DNA from: Dehalococcoidia bacterium
GTDB taxonomy: Bacteria > Chloroflexota > Dehalococcoidia > Lucifugimonadales > Australimonadaceae
Assembly (NCBI GenBank): GCA_965220225.1
Contig: OZ244813.1
Location: 2,826,570 to 2,890,569 of the forward strand
DNA: 64,000 nt
Direction of reading: 5' to 3'
Part shown: one piece after another, positions 19,489 through 29,786 of the stretch
Layout of the letters: each line of letters begins with the position of its first letter
Position numbering within the stretch: position 1 is the stretch's first letter
The notes under the pieces: model-generated
Databases searched by the model: none
Told to the model about the DNA's origin: nothing
Seen by the model: only the letters and a program-made list of their open reading frames with translations
Made by a program: the position numbers and the translations under genes

Positions 19489-22311
19489 TCACTCCGCATA
19501 GGTCATCGACGCCCAGGTGGGCCCTGTTTTCACGTCTATCTGCAACGGCACGCTCATCTCCAGGGCGTTCGGCATCACTTCCTGCAGCATGCCGACCAGC
19601 TCCTGCTCCTCCTCGACGGGCAACTCGAATACGAGCTCGTCGTGCACCTGGAGCAGCATCCTGCTCCGGAATCCGTCCCTTTCGAGGCGACGCTGGATGG
19701 CGACCATCGCCTCGTTGATGACATCGGCGGACGTACCCTGGACGGGCATATTGAGCGCGATGCGCTCTCCGGCCTGCCGCACCGGATAGTGCGGCGAGCG
19801 CAACTCGTGGATGTAGCGCCGGCGACCCAGGAGCGTCTCCGCATAGCCGTCCAGCTTCGCGCGCTCAACGGTATCGTCGAGGAAACTCTTCACCGTGGGG
19901 TAGGTCCCGAAGTACGAATCGATGAATGCGGCGCCCTCCTCGCGGGTGAGCTCGGTCTGCTGCGATATCCCGAAAGCGCTGAGGCCGTAGGCCACACCGA
20001 AGTTCATCACCTTGGCGAGACGGCGCATGTCCCGCGTCACCTCCCCGAGCGCCACGCCGTAGATGAGCGACGCGGTGGAGGAATGGATGTCTTCACCGCG
20101 CTCGAACGCGGCCATCAACGCGGGGTCCTGGGACAGGTGCGCGAGCACGCGGAGGTCGATCTGGGAGTAGTCAGCGCTGAGCAGCGTCCATGCGGGGCGT
20201 TGCTCGGCGATGAACGCCTCCCGGACGCGCAGGCCGAGCGGTGTGCGGATGGGGATGTTCTGAAGGTTGGGGTCCGCGCTTGCCAACCTGCCGGTGGCGG
20301 AGCCTGCCTGGTTGTAGGTGGTGTGGATGCGCTTCGTCCTCGGGTTCACCTGCAACGGAAGCGTGTCCACGTAGGTGGACTTGAGCTTGGTCAGTTCGCG
20401 GTAGCGCAGAACGTGTCCGATGACGGGGTGATGGTCGCGCAGGTTCTCGAGGATCGAAGCGTCGGTCGAATAGCCGGTCTGCGTCCGACGCCCGGACGGC
20501 AGCTTGAGGTCCTTGAAGAGCAGGTCGCCGAGTTGGGACGGCGAGTTGATGTTGAACTCGTGGCCTACGGCCTCATAGGCGGCGCGCTCCTCGACCTCGA
20601 TCTCGCCCGCGATCTCCTCGTTCAGTTCCGCGAGCACGCTGCTGTCTATGGCGACGCCGTGCGTCTGCATGCGAGCGAGCACGGGCACGAGGGGCATCGC
20701 GTGCTTGTCGTGATAAGCCGTGAGGCCGTCGCGTTCCATGTCCTCGGCAAGCGCACGCTGCAGTTGCAGCGTCACCGCGGCGGCGGTGGCGGCATACTCC
20801 GCGGCGTCCGCCACCGGGACGGCGTCGAACGTGATCTGCTTGCGTCCGGTGCCGGTCAGGTCGGTCAACGCCTGCAACTCGACGTTGAGCCGGTTGAAGG
20901 CGAGCGGCTTGAGTGACAGCGCCTTCTCGCCCGTGAGGTGTGCCGCGACCATCGTGTCGGATGCGACGCTCACGTCGGTCGGCGACAGCCCGTAGTTGGA
21001 AAGCAGTGTAAGCGTGAAGTTGAGGTTGTGGCCGGAGACGGGTCTGCTCTGGAGCACCGGCAGGAGGACGGCCAGGGCCTCTTCCGCGGACAGCTGCTTC
21101 CCTTCCGTGTGTCCTACCGGAACGTAGTGCCCTTCACTTTCGTCAACCGCGAAGGCCAGCCCGGCGAGCGCTGACTCCATCGCGCGGGGAACGGCGGCGT
21201 GTGCCTCCACCACGAGTGCGGATGCGGCGCCCAGGCGTGCAACGAGAGCGTCGAGCGCGGCAGGGGTGTCCACGATCGTCACGCGGGCGTCCGCCTCGAA
21301 CATCGATTGCGTTTCGACAGCGGGAGCCTCCGCCGCTGGCTGTTGCTCGCCGGGCTGCGACGGGATACGCGCGACGAGACTGCTGAACTCCAATTCCCGG
21401 AAGACGTCCAGCACGTCGTCCCGGGAGAACCCGCCGAACGCCGCCTCGTCGAAGTCGAACCCCGTAGGCGCTGCGGTCGCGATCGTCACGAGGACCTTGC
21501 TCTTGAGCAGTTGCTCCGAATGCTCCCGCACGAGGCCCTGGATCCGGGGCGGCGTCACCTCGTCTACGCGCTCGACGAGCGATTCCGCGCTGCCGAACTC
21601 GTTGATGAGCTTCACGGCGGTCTTCGCGCCGATGCCGGGGACGCCGGGGACGTTGTCGGAAGTATCCCCGGTGAGCGCCTTCACGTCGCGCTGCTGCGCA
21701 GGCTCGAGCCCGCCGTAGCGTTCGCGCACGGCATCCTCGTCGTACACCCGTGTATCGCCGAAGCCGGTGGTCAGGAGGACACGGACGTGTGGCGAGACGA
21801 GTTGCAGCGTGTCCGTATCGCCGGTGGCGATGAGCGTATCGACGCCGTGCTCCGTGCTCCATGCTGCGATCGTGCCGAGCACGTCGTCGGCCTCGTAGCC
21901 GGGCGACTCCAGGACCGGAACGCGAAACGCGTTCATCACCTGCTTCACGCGCCCCACGTTGCGGGTCAGTTCGGGCGGGATCGGAGGACGGGTTGCCTTG
22001 TACTCCGGGTACAGGTCGTCGCGGAACGTGCGGCCCGGCGGATCGAACGCGATGGCAACGTGTGTCGGCTTGTGGTCCGCGAGGGTCTTGAAGAACGTGG
22101 TGGTGAAGGAGTAGGCGCCGCGAACGTCCTCGCCGGTCGCCCGGATTGTGAGTGGTTGCGCCTGTCGGAGTGCGAACCACGCACGGAAGACCATCGCGTG
22201 GCCGTCCATGAGCAGCAGCATTGGCTTCCCGGGGTCCGAAGGAGAGGCGGCTTCGGGTGCTGCCTCGCCGAAGAGAGAGGGGCCGTCTGCCGGGGAAGGC
22301 CTGCGGGCCAT
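19489..22311 (-). CDS. polA: DNA polymerase I
   Basis: 5'-3' exonuclease (GYEADD, GDTSDNVPG) and polymerase motifs (ADYSQID, KVMNFGVAYG, QVHDELV). Confidence 0.97.
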   Translation of the reverse strand: MARRPSPADGPSLFGEAAPEAASPSDPGKPMLLLMDGHAMVFRAWFALRQAQPLTIRATGEDVRGAYSFTTTFFKTLADHKPTHVAIAFDPPGRTFRDDLYPEYKATRPPIPPELTRNVGRVKQVMNAFRVPVLESPGYEADDVLGTIAAWSTEHGVDTLIATGDTDTLQLVSPHVRVLLTTGFGDTRVYDEDAVRERYGGLEPAQQRDVKALTGDTSDNVPGVPGIGAKTAVKLINEFGSAESLVERVDEVTPPRIQGLVREHSEQLLKSKVLVTIATAAPTGFDFDEAAFGGFSRDDVLDVFRELEFSSLVARIPSQPGEQQPAAEAPAVETQSMFEADARVTIVDTPAALDALVARLGAASALVVEAHAAVPRAMESALAGLAFAVDESEGHYVPVGHTEGKQLSAEEALAVLLPVLQSRPVSGHNLNFTLTLLSNYGLSPTDVSVASDTMVAAHLTGEKALSLKPLAFNRLNVELQALTDLTGTGRKQITFDAVPVADAAEYAATAAAVTLQLQRALAEDMERDGLTAYHDKHAMPLVPVLARMQTHGVAIDSSVLAELNEEIAGEIEVEERAAYEAVGHEFNINSPSQLGDLLFKDLKLPSGRRTQTGYSTDASILENLRDHHPVIGHVLRYRELTKLKSTYVDTLPLQVNPRTKRIHTTYNQAGSATGRLASADPNLQNIPIRTPLGLRVREAFIAEQRPAWTLLSADYSQIDLRVLAHLSQDPALMAAFERGEDIHSSTASLIYGVALGEVTRDMRRLAKVMNFGVAYGLSAFGISQQTELTREEGAAFIDSYFGTYPTVKSFLDDTVERAKLDGYAETLLGRRRYIHELRSPHYPVRQAGERIALNMPVQGTSADVINEAMVAIQRRLERDGFRSRMLLQVHDELVFELPVEEEQELVGMLQEVMPNALEMSVPLQIDVKTGPTWASMTYAE

Positions 22312-22313
22312 CG

Positions 22314-22667
22314 CTATGCGCCTCGCAGCGGTTTGAAGAAACTGTGCAGGAAGTTCCGGCTGTGTGCCCAGCGGTGCGTCCGACGCACGGCTTCGTCGGA
22401 GAGTATGCCGGTAGCCGTGGTCACCTTTATCGCCTTGTAGCCCTTCGCCGGCAGCAGTGGAGCGTCGTCCGACACGGTTACGGAGTAGCCCTGCTCTCGA
22501 AGCCAGTCCCGCAGGGCCTCGTACCCCTTCGCCTTGCGGTTCGGGGTGACGTAGACATAGAAGTCCTTGGAGCCCGCTACCTCGTGGAAGTGCTCGTCGG
22601 CGATTTCCGTTCCCTTGCCCGAGCCTTCGCGCAGCTTCGCCCGGTTCATGCCCTGCCTGTAGACCAT
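22314..22667 (-). CDS. Hypothetical protein upstream of polA
   Basis: 117 aa; extended -10 TGcTAGAAT 6 nt before the ATG; stop 2 bp before polA. Confidence 0.65.
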   Translation of the reverse strand: MVYRQGMNRAKLREGSGKGTEIADEHFHEVAGSKDFYVYVTPNRKAKGYEALRDWLREQGYSVTVSDDAPLLPAKGYKAIKVTTATGILSDEAVRRTHRWAHSRNFLHSFFKPLRGA

Positions 22668-22756
22668 GCGCCGATTCTAGCAGCGCCGCGAACATTCGCC
22701 ACGCTCGCCCGGGCTGACAGCGGAATCGCCCGCGCGAGGCAGTTGGAGGCCGGCGA

Positions 22757-22786
22757 TTGACAGCACCCTTGCCGGACAGGTAGCGT
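22757..22786 (+). promoter_or_regulatory. Sigma70-like promoter of tctC-1
   Basis: TTGACA-N18-TAGCGT; equivalents at 24225-24253 and 25684-25713. Confidence 0.6.
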
Positions 22787-22867
22787 TACGCAGGCTGTAA
22801 CGGTCTGGAGGAATTCATCAGCCGTCATACGTAGCGGCGTGCCGGTAGACGCATGGAGGTTTCTCGC

Positions 22868-24154
22868 ATGGCAAAGATGAGCAGAACGATCGGAGCACTC
22901 GGGGCGATCAGCCTCATGCTCGCCCTTATTCTCGCCGCCTGCGGCGGCGAAGAGGAGCCGACGGCCACCCCGCGTCCCGCCGCGGAGCCTACTCCCACGG
23001 CGATGATGGCGGCTGAACCCACGCCCACGGCGATGATGGAAGAGAAGCCCACTGCGGCGCCCGACACCGGCACGGACACCGGCCCTGCGCCCACACCGAC
23101 ACCGGTCCCCCGGCCGACGGCCACGCCCGTACCGGTCGACCCCGGCTTCGACGCCGAGGCGTACTTCAAGGGCAAGACCATCAGCATGATGGTCGGCTTC
23201 AACCCCGGCGGCGGCACCGACGCTCAGGCACGGTTCATGTCCCGCGCATGGTCGGAGTACATCCCCGGCAATCCGCGCATCGTCGTCCGGAACCTGACAC
23301 CGGTCGTCGTCGAGCGCAACTTCGTCTGGAATGCCAGGCCGGACGGTCTCACCATCGCGGTCGAGGCGACGGCGGGCATCTTCGACCAGATAAGCCCGCA
23401 GGCCCAGTACGACATGCGGGAGGTCTCCATGATCGGCGTCACCTCCGGCAAGGACCAGTTCTGGATGATCCGCGGCAACCTGCCGTACGGCTGTATCGAC
23501 ACTGCGTTCGGTGAAACCAGCCCCGTGCTGACCATCGGCACGAGTGCCCCCACGCCTGCCGACCTCGGGTCCACGGTCTCGATCCCGTGGCTGGCGGACA
23601 ACTTCAACCTCCCGCTGGAGATCCGGAACGTCTCTGCTGCAGGCTCTGCTCAGCAGTACATCATGCTGGAGCGCGGCGACGTGAACTCGTGGACGTCATC
23701 CACCGTCTGGAACCAGCTGCCCATCACCCGGCCCGGCTGGATCAGGGACGGTTTCCTCCGCCCGTTCGTGGACCTCTCCTTCCCCGGCTACGAGTTGGGG
23801 CCGAACGCGGAAGGCCCGTACGACTGCCCGAAGGCGGAGAGCTTCTTCACCTCGGACGAGATGCTCCAGGAGTGGATCGCCATCACCGGGCCGCGCACCT
23901 ACGCGTCCAAGAACATCATCGGCCCGCCCGGCATCCCCGCCGGCCCGCTGCAGGCCTTGCGCGACGCGCTCACCACGGCGATGAACGATGAGGCGTTCGC
24001 GACGAGCATGACGAAGTTCACGGGCATCCCCAACAACTTCACGGACGGAGCAACGGCACAGCAGGAGTTGCACGACACAACCGAGCAGTTCCTGGACAAC
24101 CTGGACATCATCTCGGCAGCCCAGCAGAGCGCCTTCGAGAAGTACGTCAGGTAG
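22868..24154 (+). CDS. Tripartite tricarboxylate transporter substrate-binding lipoprotein (TctC/Bug), copy 1
   Basis: Lipobox LAAC, PT-rich linker, GFNPGGGTD, PDGLT and ERGDV. Confidence 0.85.
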   Translation: MAKMSRTIGALGAISLMLALILAACGGEEEPTATPRPAAEPTPTAMMAAEPTPTAMMEEKPTAAPDTGTDTGPAPTPTPVPRPTATPVPVDPGFDAEAYFKGKTISMMVGFNPGGGTDAQARFMSRAWSEYIPGNPRIVVRNLTPVVVERNFVWNARPDGLTIAVEATAGIFDQISPQAQYDMREVSMIGVTSGKDQFWMIRGNLPYGCIDTAFGETSPVLTIGTSAPTPADLGSTVSIPWLADNFNLPLEIRNVSAAGSAQQYIMLERGDVNSWTSSTVWNQLPITRPGWIRDGFLRPFVDLSFPGYELGPNAEGPYDCPKAESFFTSDEMLQEWIAITGPRTYASKNIIGPPGIPAGPLQALRDALTTAMNDEAFATSMTKFTGIPNNFTDGATAQQELHDTTEQFLDNLDIISAAQQSAFEKYVR

Positions 24155-24176
24155 TCATACCGCCGATACGAGAGAC

Positions 24177-24209
24177 GAGAGCCACCCCGTTCTGGACGGG
24201 GTGGCTCTC
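24177..24209 (+). terminator. Hairpin terminator after tctC-1
   Basis: GAGAGCCACCCCGT/ACGGGGTGGCTCTC stem. Confidence 0.65.
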
Positions 24210-24332
24210 TCGCATTTTCGAGGTTTGACAGGGTCTACCGGGATAGATAGGGTTACGCCCAGCCTGCGAGCGAAAGCTCCACAGGCTGTGTTTACGTTGT
24301 TCGTCGCAGGGACTACACGGGGAGGTTTTCGG

Positions 24333-25619
24333 ATGCTGAAGATATTCAGGAAGATCGGAGCCATAGGGGCAGCAGCCCTGGTTCTCTCCGCATTCCTCGT
24401 CGCCTGCGGTGGCGAAGAAGAGCCGACGGCCACGCCGCGTCCGGCTGCGGAGCCCACCCCCACCGCCATGATGGCTGCAGAGCCCACGCCCACGGCGATG
24501 ATGGAAGAGCAGCCCACTGCGGCGCCTGACACCGGCACCGATTCCGGCCCCGCCCCCACGCCTACGCCGGTCCCGGCGCCCACCCCGACCCCGGTCCCGG
24601 CTGACCCGGGCTTCGACGCCGAGGGCTACTTCAGTGGCAAGACCATCAGCCTGATGGTCGGCTTCAACCCCGGCGGTGGTACGGACGCGCAGGCGCGCTA
24701 CATGTCCCGCGCATGGCCGCGGTTCATCCCCGGCAGCCCGCGCATCGTCGTCCGGAACCTGACTCCGGTCGTCGTCGAGCGTAACTTCGTCTGGAACTCG
24801 AAGCCGGACGGCCTGACCCTCGCCATCGAGGCGACCCCCGGTGTCTTCGACCAGTTCACCCCGCAAGCCCAGTTCGACATGCGGGAAGCAACCATGATCG
24901 GTGTCACCTCCGGTAAGGAAGGACTCTGGGTCATCCGCGGCACCGTGCCGTACAACTGCATCGACTCCGCCTTCGGTTCGACGGAACCCAAGCTGACTGT
25001 TGGCACCAGCGCGCCGACGCCTGCCGACCTGGGATCGATGGTGGCCGTGGGCTGGCTGGCTGACAAACTGAACGTGCCGTTCGAGATCCGGAACGTCTCC
25101 GCCGCCGGCTCCGCGGAGCAGTACGTCATGATCGAGCGCGGCGACGTGAACTCGTGGGTCTCCGGCACGATCTGGGACCAGTACCCCAGGACGCGCCCGG
25201 GCTGGACCGGCAGCGGGTTCATCCGCCCGTTCGCAGACCTGTCGTTCCCCGGCTTCGACCTCGGACACAACGGTGAGGCCGACTTCCACTGCCCGAACGT
25301 CGCGGATGAATACCTGGAAGGCGACGACCTCGCCCTCTGGGTCGCGATGCGCGGTCCTCAGATCTACGCCTCCAAGAACATCATCGGCCCGCCAGGCGTC
25401 CCGAGCGACGTGGTCGCCACGCTCCGCAAGGCGCTTGCCGACGCGATGGCGGACGAGGGGTTCGCCACCGAGATGCAGAGCTTCACGGGTATCAAGAACA
25501 CGTTCACGCATGGCGACGTCGCACAACAGGAGCTGACCGACACCGTCAACGCGTTCATCGATAACCAGGACCGGATCGGCGAAGTGACGCAACTGGTGTT
25601 CGACAAGTACGTGCGCTGA
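24333..25619 (+). CDS. TctC/Bug lipoprotein, copy 2
   Basis: Paralog of copy 1 with lipobox LVAC; GGAGG RBS. Confidence 0.85.
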   Translation: MLKIFRKIGAIGAAALVLSAFLVACGGEEEPTATPRPAAEPTPTAMMAAEPTPTAMMEEQPTAAPDTGTDSGPAPTPTPVPAPTPTPVPADPGFDAEGYFSGKTISLMVGFNPGGGTDAQARYMSRAWPRFIPGSPRIVVRNLTPVVVERNFVWNSKPDGLTLAIEATPGVFDQFTPQAQFDMREATMIGVTSGKEGLWVIRGTVPYNCIDSAFGSTEPKLTVGTSAPTPADLGSMVAVGWLADKLNVPFEIRNVSAAGSAEQYVMIERGDVNSWVSGTIWDQYPRTRPGWTGSGFIRPFADLSFPGFDLGHNGEADFHCPNVADEYLEGDDLALWVAMRGPQIYASKNIIGPPGVPSDVVATLRKALADAMADEGFATEMQSFTGIKNTFTHGDVAQQELTDTVNAFIDNQDRIGEVTQLVFDKYVR

Positions 25620-25642
25620 GTCAACCGGACCGGAGCGCTTGG

Positions 25643-25677
25643 AGAGAGGCCTGCCGCTATCGGCAGGCCTCTCTTTT
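25643..25677 (+). terminator. Intrinsic terminator after tctC-2
   Basis: AGAGAGGCCTGCCG/CGGCAGGCCTCTCT stem followed by a T run. Confidence 0.75.
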
Positions 25678-25785
25678 CATTGATTGACAACACTCCCGCT
25701 GGACGGATAGGGTTTTACATCGGCCTGCGGGGGTTCCCGGAGGCTTCATTACATACATCGTTTTCAGACGATAGGGAGGTTTCGG

Positions 25786-27063
25786 ATGGTGAAGATGTCC
25801 GGGAAGATCGGAGTCGTCGGAGCTCTGGGCCTGATGCTCTCCCTGGTACTTGCAGCCTGTGGCGGCGAAGAGCCGACGGCAACGCCCCGCCCCGCTGCGA
25901 CGCCAACGCCCGAGGCGATGGCGGCAGAGCCGACGCCTACTGCAATGATGGCAGAAGAAGCGACGCCCACTCCCTTGCCTGAGGGCGTTACCGCAGCGCC
26001 TGCGGTGCCGACCCCGACGGCGCGTCCCACCGCAACCCCCTTGCCGGTCGACCCCGGCTTCGACGCCGAGGCGCACTTCAAGGGCAGGACCATCAGCTTG
26101 CTGGTGGGCTTCAACCCGGGTGGCGGCACTGACGCGCAGGCCCGGTTCATGTCCCGCGCATGGTCGAAGTTCATCCCCGGCAACCCCCGCATCATCGTCA
26201 GGAATCTGACGCCGGTTGTCGTTGAGCGCAACTTCGTCTGGAACGCCAAGCCGGACGGCCTGACCCTCGCCATCGAGGCGACTCCCGGTGTCGCGGACAT
26301 GTTCACCCCGCAGGCGCAGTTCGACGTGCGTGAGTCGACCATGATCGGCATCACCTCCGGCGGCGAGGGCGCCTGGGTCATCCGGGGCACGCTCCCCTAC
26401 GACTGCGTGGAGGACGCCTTCGACTCCGCTGGACCGAAAGTTACGGTGGGCTGGAGCGCACCGACACCTGCCGACCTGAGTTCCAACGTTTCCATCGGCT
26501 GGTTCTCTGACAAGTTCAACATTCCGCTGGAGATCCGGAACGTCTCAGCCGCGGGATCCGCCGAGCAGTACGTCATGATCGAGCGCGGCGACGTGAACTC
26601 CTGGGTCACGGGCACGATCTGGGACCAGTACCCCGTTACCCGGCCGGGATGGACCAGGGACCAGTTCCTCCGCCCGTTCGCAGACCTGTCGGTCCCCGGG
26701 TTTGACCTGGGGCACAACGGCGAGGCCGACTTCCACTGCCCGAACGTCGCGGACACGTACCTTGAGGGCGAGGACCTCGAACTGTGGCTCGCCATGCGGC
26801 CGCGGGCGGTCATAGCGAAGAACATCGTCGGCCCGCCCAACATCCCGGCTGACATCACCCAGGTGCTTCGCGACGCACTGGCGGACGCCATGGCGGACGA
26901 AGAGTTCGCTGCGTCCATGCAGGGCTTCACCGGCATCAAGAACCTGTTCACTGACGGCGCAACCGGTCAGCAGATCGTTATCGACATGGTGAACGGTTTC
27001 GAGGCCAACAGAGGCAAGATCGACGAGTTGCTGCAGATCGTGCACGACAAGTACGTCCGGTAG
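25786..27063 (+). CDS. TctC/Bug lipoprotein, copy 3
   Basis: Paralog of copies 1 and 2. Confidence 0.85.
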   Translation: MVKMSGKIGVVGALGLMLSLVLAACGGEEPTATPRPAATPTPEAMAAEPTPTAMMAEEATPTPLPEGVTAAPAVPTPTARPTATPLPVDPGFDAEAHFKGRTISLLVGFNPGGGTDAQARFMSRAWSKFIPGNPRIIVRNLTPVVVERNFVWNAKPDGLTLAIEATPGVADMFTPQAQFDVRESTMIGITSGGEGAWVIRGTLPYDCVEDAFDSAGPKVTVGWSAPTPADLSSNVSIGWFSDKFNIPLEIRNVSAAGSAEQYVMIERGDVNSWVTGTIWDQYPVTRPGWTRDQFLRPFADLSVPGFDLGHNGEADFHCPNVADTYLEGEDLELWLAMRPRAVIAKNIVGPPNIPADITQVLRDALADAMADEEFAASMQGFTGIKNLFTDGATGQQIVIDMVNGFEANRGKIDELLQIVHDKYVR

Positions 27064-27074
27064 ATGACACGAAT

Positions 27075-27102
27075 GGGCGGCCTGATGGTTGTCAGGCCGC
27101 CC
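27075..27102 (+). terminator. Hairpin after tctC-3
   Basis: GGGCGGCCTGA/TCAGGCCGCCC. Confidence 0.55.
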
Positions 27103-27200
27103 TTCCTGTGCATAGAATCCGCCCGCCCCACTGAGGCCCAGGACGGCCTGCAAGGGGCGGGCGTTCGCTTTAAAGCGCGAACAGGCCAAGGAGGCGAGTC

Positions 27201-29723
27201 TTGGGTGAACTCTACGGAGAACTCGGACAGGCACTTGGATACCTGGCCGACCCGGCCTACTGGATCGTCCTGTTCATAGCGGTTTTCGTTGCAGGCTTCA
27301 CCGGGATGGTGCCTGGGGCGTCTGGCGTCATCATCATGGCGATCTCCATCCCCTTCATCGTGGAGTTCTTCGGCCGCGACCGCGGCGGCCCGAACGACAT
27401 GCGCGCGATCGGTCTGGTCGCTCTGGCCTCGATGACCGGAGTCAACAACACGCTCGACTCCATCCCGGCCATCCTCTTCGGCCAACCTTCCGCCGCAACC
27501 CAGGTGACCTTCCTCGAGGGGCACCAGTTGGCCCGTCAGGGCAGAGCCGCCCATACGCTGGGCGCCGTCTACGCCGTCTCAGCCATGGGAGGCATCATCG
27601 GCGCAACGGTACTGGCGCTGCTCATACCGGTGGCCAAGCCGATCATCCTGAAGTTCAGCTTCCCTGAGATCGCGGCGGTTGCCTTCTTCGGCATCGTCAT
27701 GGTTGCCGCGCTCAGCGCCGGCGCCATGGCGAGGGGGCTTGCGGCAGGCGCGCTGGGCGTGCTGCTCGGTACCGTCGGCATCAACCCCATCACCGGCGAC
27801 GTACGTTACGTGTTCGACCAGCCGAACCTGTGGGAGGGGTTGCCCATCGTCGTCGTGACCATCGGTTTCTTCGCCCTCCCGGAGATGATCGACCTCGCCA
27901 TCGCCAGGAGGCCCGTCGCTCCGCCTGACTCGGTCGTCAACACGCGCGAGGTCTGGCGAGGAGCGAAACACGGCTTCACCCGGTGGCCGATGGTGATACG
28001 CCAATCGGTGTTCGGTGTCATCCTCGGGGCGATACCGGGCGTCGGCGCCGCGGTCATCGACTGGCTCTCCTACGCGTTCGGCATCTTCTGGACCAAGGAT
28101 AAGAGCCAGTTCGGGAAAGGGTCGCTGGACGGCGTGCTCTTCGCCGAGTCGGCACAGAACTCCAAGGAAGCCGGGCAGGCGCTCCCCACGCTCACGTTGG
28201 GCGTTCCGGGCGGTCTCGCTTGGGTGCTGGTCTACGTGGCGATGCAGGCGCTCGATATGACGCCTGGCCCACGGCTCCTGGGCGACCAGGCCGACGTCAT
28301 GATCCTGTTCGTGCTGACGCTGGGCATCGGTAACCTCATCGTGACCTCGATCGGCATCGTCGCCACCGGCCAGTTGGCGAAACTCACCCGCATCCCCTAC
28401 CCGCTCATCGGCGGCATATTCATCCCCATCGTCATACTTTCCACGGTCATGAACTGGACGTCATGGCTCGCGCTGCCCGTGGCGGCGGTATTCATGGGCA
28501 TCGGCATCATCATGAAACTCTTCCAGTGGCCGCGCCCGCCGTTGCTCCTCGGCATCATCCTCGGGCCGATCATCGAAGAGAACTTCCTCTCCGCTCTGAA
28601 CGTCGTGGACCCCTTCACGATCGGCGGCTTTGAGAGCGAGGTCCTCGGCGTGTTGCTGCGCCCGCTGACCATCGCGCTGATCGTCATCGCCTTCGCCACT
28701 GCCTACTTCTTCTCGCGCGCGGCGCAGAGCCGGGGGCTCACTACAACCACGCAGGCTCCGGCAGGAGGTTCGGGCACCGGCCCCGACGATCGCGCCGGGA
28801 TATTGAGGCGGCTGGTGGAAGTGCGCAACGTCCCCATCTTCCTGGCCATCGCGGGAAGCATAGCGTTCTACTGGGGCAGCCTCGGCTTCATGTCGGTGGA
28901 GTCCTGGTTCCTGACGCGGCTCATGGTCGTGTTCGTCATCATCCTGTCCCTGGTGCAGCTGTTCTTCCACCTCCGCGAACGGGGCCACCGGCACGTCGAC
29001 ATCATGGACCTGGGGATGCACAGCCTCGCCCTCCCCGGAGCGAAGCAGGCTATCTGGATCCTAGCTACCGGCTTCCTGATGTTCGCCATGCTCACTGGCA
29101 CTATAGGCTTGCGATGGGCTGTCATCGCCTTCGCAGGCTACGTCCCCTTCACCCTGCTGGCTGGGAACAGCCTCCCACTGGCCAGGGGCATCCTCGTCGG
29201 TGTAGTCACCGGCGCGCTGTCCGGCATCGCCGCGAGCCTCATCGGCATCACGGGGGCTTCTGAGACCTTCGCGGCGGACACCGACGCTGTCGCCGACACG
29301 GGACGGATCATCGCCACGAGCGCAACCGTGGCCGTCGCCATGACCGTGGCCGTCTCGGTGAACGCGCGAGGTGTCGGCGGGATGCCGGGGCTTCCTGGTG
29401 TGATGGGAGTGGTCGCCCTTACCTTCATCGTGACCGTGTGTATCGCGGCAGGAATGACCCGGGGTGGGTTCGCTGAGGTCCCGCTGCTGGCAGCGCTGGG
29501 AGTGCTCACGCTTGGCTTGCTCTTCATCCGGTCGATCAGGGAGTACCAGCCTCCCCCCTCGCTGCAGGGGTTCTTCGCCTGGCGGATACTGGGGCCGATC
29601 ATCACGATGTGCTTCGTCTTCCTCTTCATCTACGGTATGGCGGACAACGTGTTGAGCATCATCTGGCCGCAGCCTGCGCTCCTCGAATGGATAGGGCGGG
29701 AGATCCTCGGCACCGGCGCCTAG
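27201..29723 (+). CDS. Tripartite tricarboxylate transporter permease TctA with a TctB-like C-terminal extension
   Basis: IPAILFGQP, ESAQNS, PTLTLGVPG and LGIILGPIIEENF; about 330 extra TM-rich residues. Confidence 0.85.
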   Translation: MGELYGELGQALGYLADPAYWIVLFIAVFVAGFTGMVPGASGVIIMAISIPFIVEFFGRDRGGPNDMRAIGLVALASMTGVNNTLDSIPAILFGQPSAATQVTFLEGHQLARQGRAAHTLGAVYAVSAMGGIIGATVLALLIPVAKPIILKFSFPEIAAVAFFGIVMVAALSAGAMARGLAAGALGVLLGTVGINPITGDVRYVFDQPNLWEGLPIVVVTIGFFALPEMIDLAIARRPVAPPDSVVNTREVWRGAKHGFTRWPMVIRQSVFGVILGAIPGVGAAVIDWLSYAFGIFWTKDKSQFGKGSLDGVLFAESAQNSKEAGQALPTLTLGVPGGLAWVLVYVAMQALDMTPGPRLLGDQADVMILFVLTLGIGNLIVTSIGIVATGQLAKLTRIPYPLIGGIFIPIVILSTVMNWTSWLALPVAAVFMGIGIIMKLFQWPRPPLLLGIILGPIIEENFLSALNVVDPFTIGGFESEVLGVLLRPLTIALIVIAFATAYFFSRAAQSRGLTTTTQAPAGGSGTGPDDRAGILRRLVEVRNVPIFLAIAGSIAFYWGSLGFMSVESWFLTRLMVVFVIILSLVQLFFHLRERGHRHVDIMDLGMHSLALPGAKQAIWILATGFLMFAMLTGTIGLRWAVIAFAGYVPFTLLAGNSLPLARGILVGVVTGALSGIAASLIGITGASETFAADTDAVADTGRIIATSATVAVAMTVAVSVNARGVGGMPGLPGVMGVVALTFIVTVCIAAGMTRGGFAEVPLLAALGVLTLGLLFIRSIREYQPPPSLQGFFAWRILGPIITMCFVFLFIYGMADNVLSIIWPQPALLEWIGREILGTGA

Positions 29724-29786
29724 GGACCTCGTGAGGCGTGGCAACCGTGGTTGCCACGCCTGCCCCTGCTCTGCTACCTTGCACTC

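Noticed and set aside
22312-22695. Apparent N-terminal extension of PolA
   Set aside because: It overlaps a separate 117-aa gene with its own promoter; ATG 22311 is the better start.
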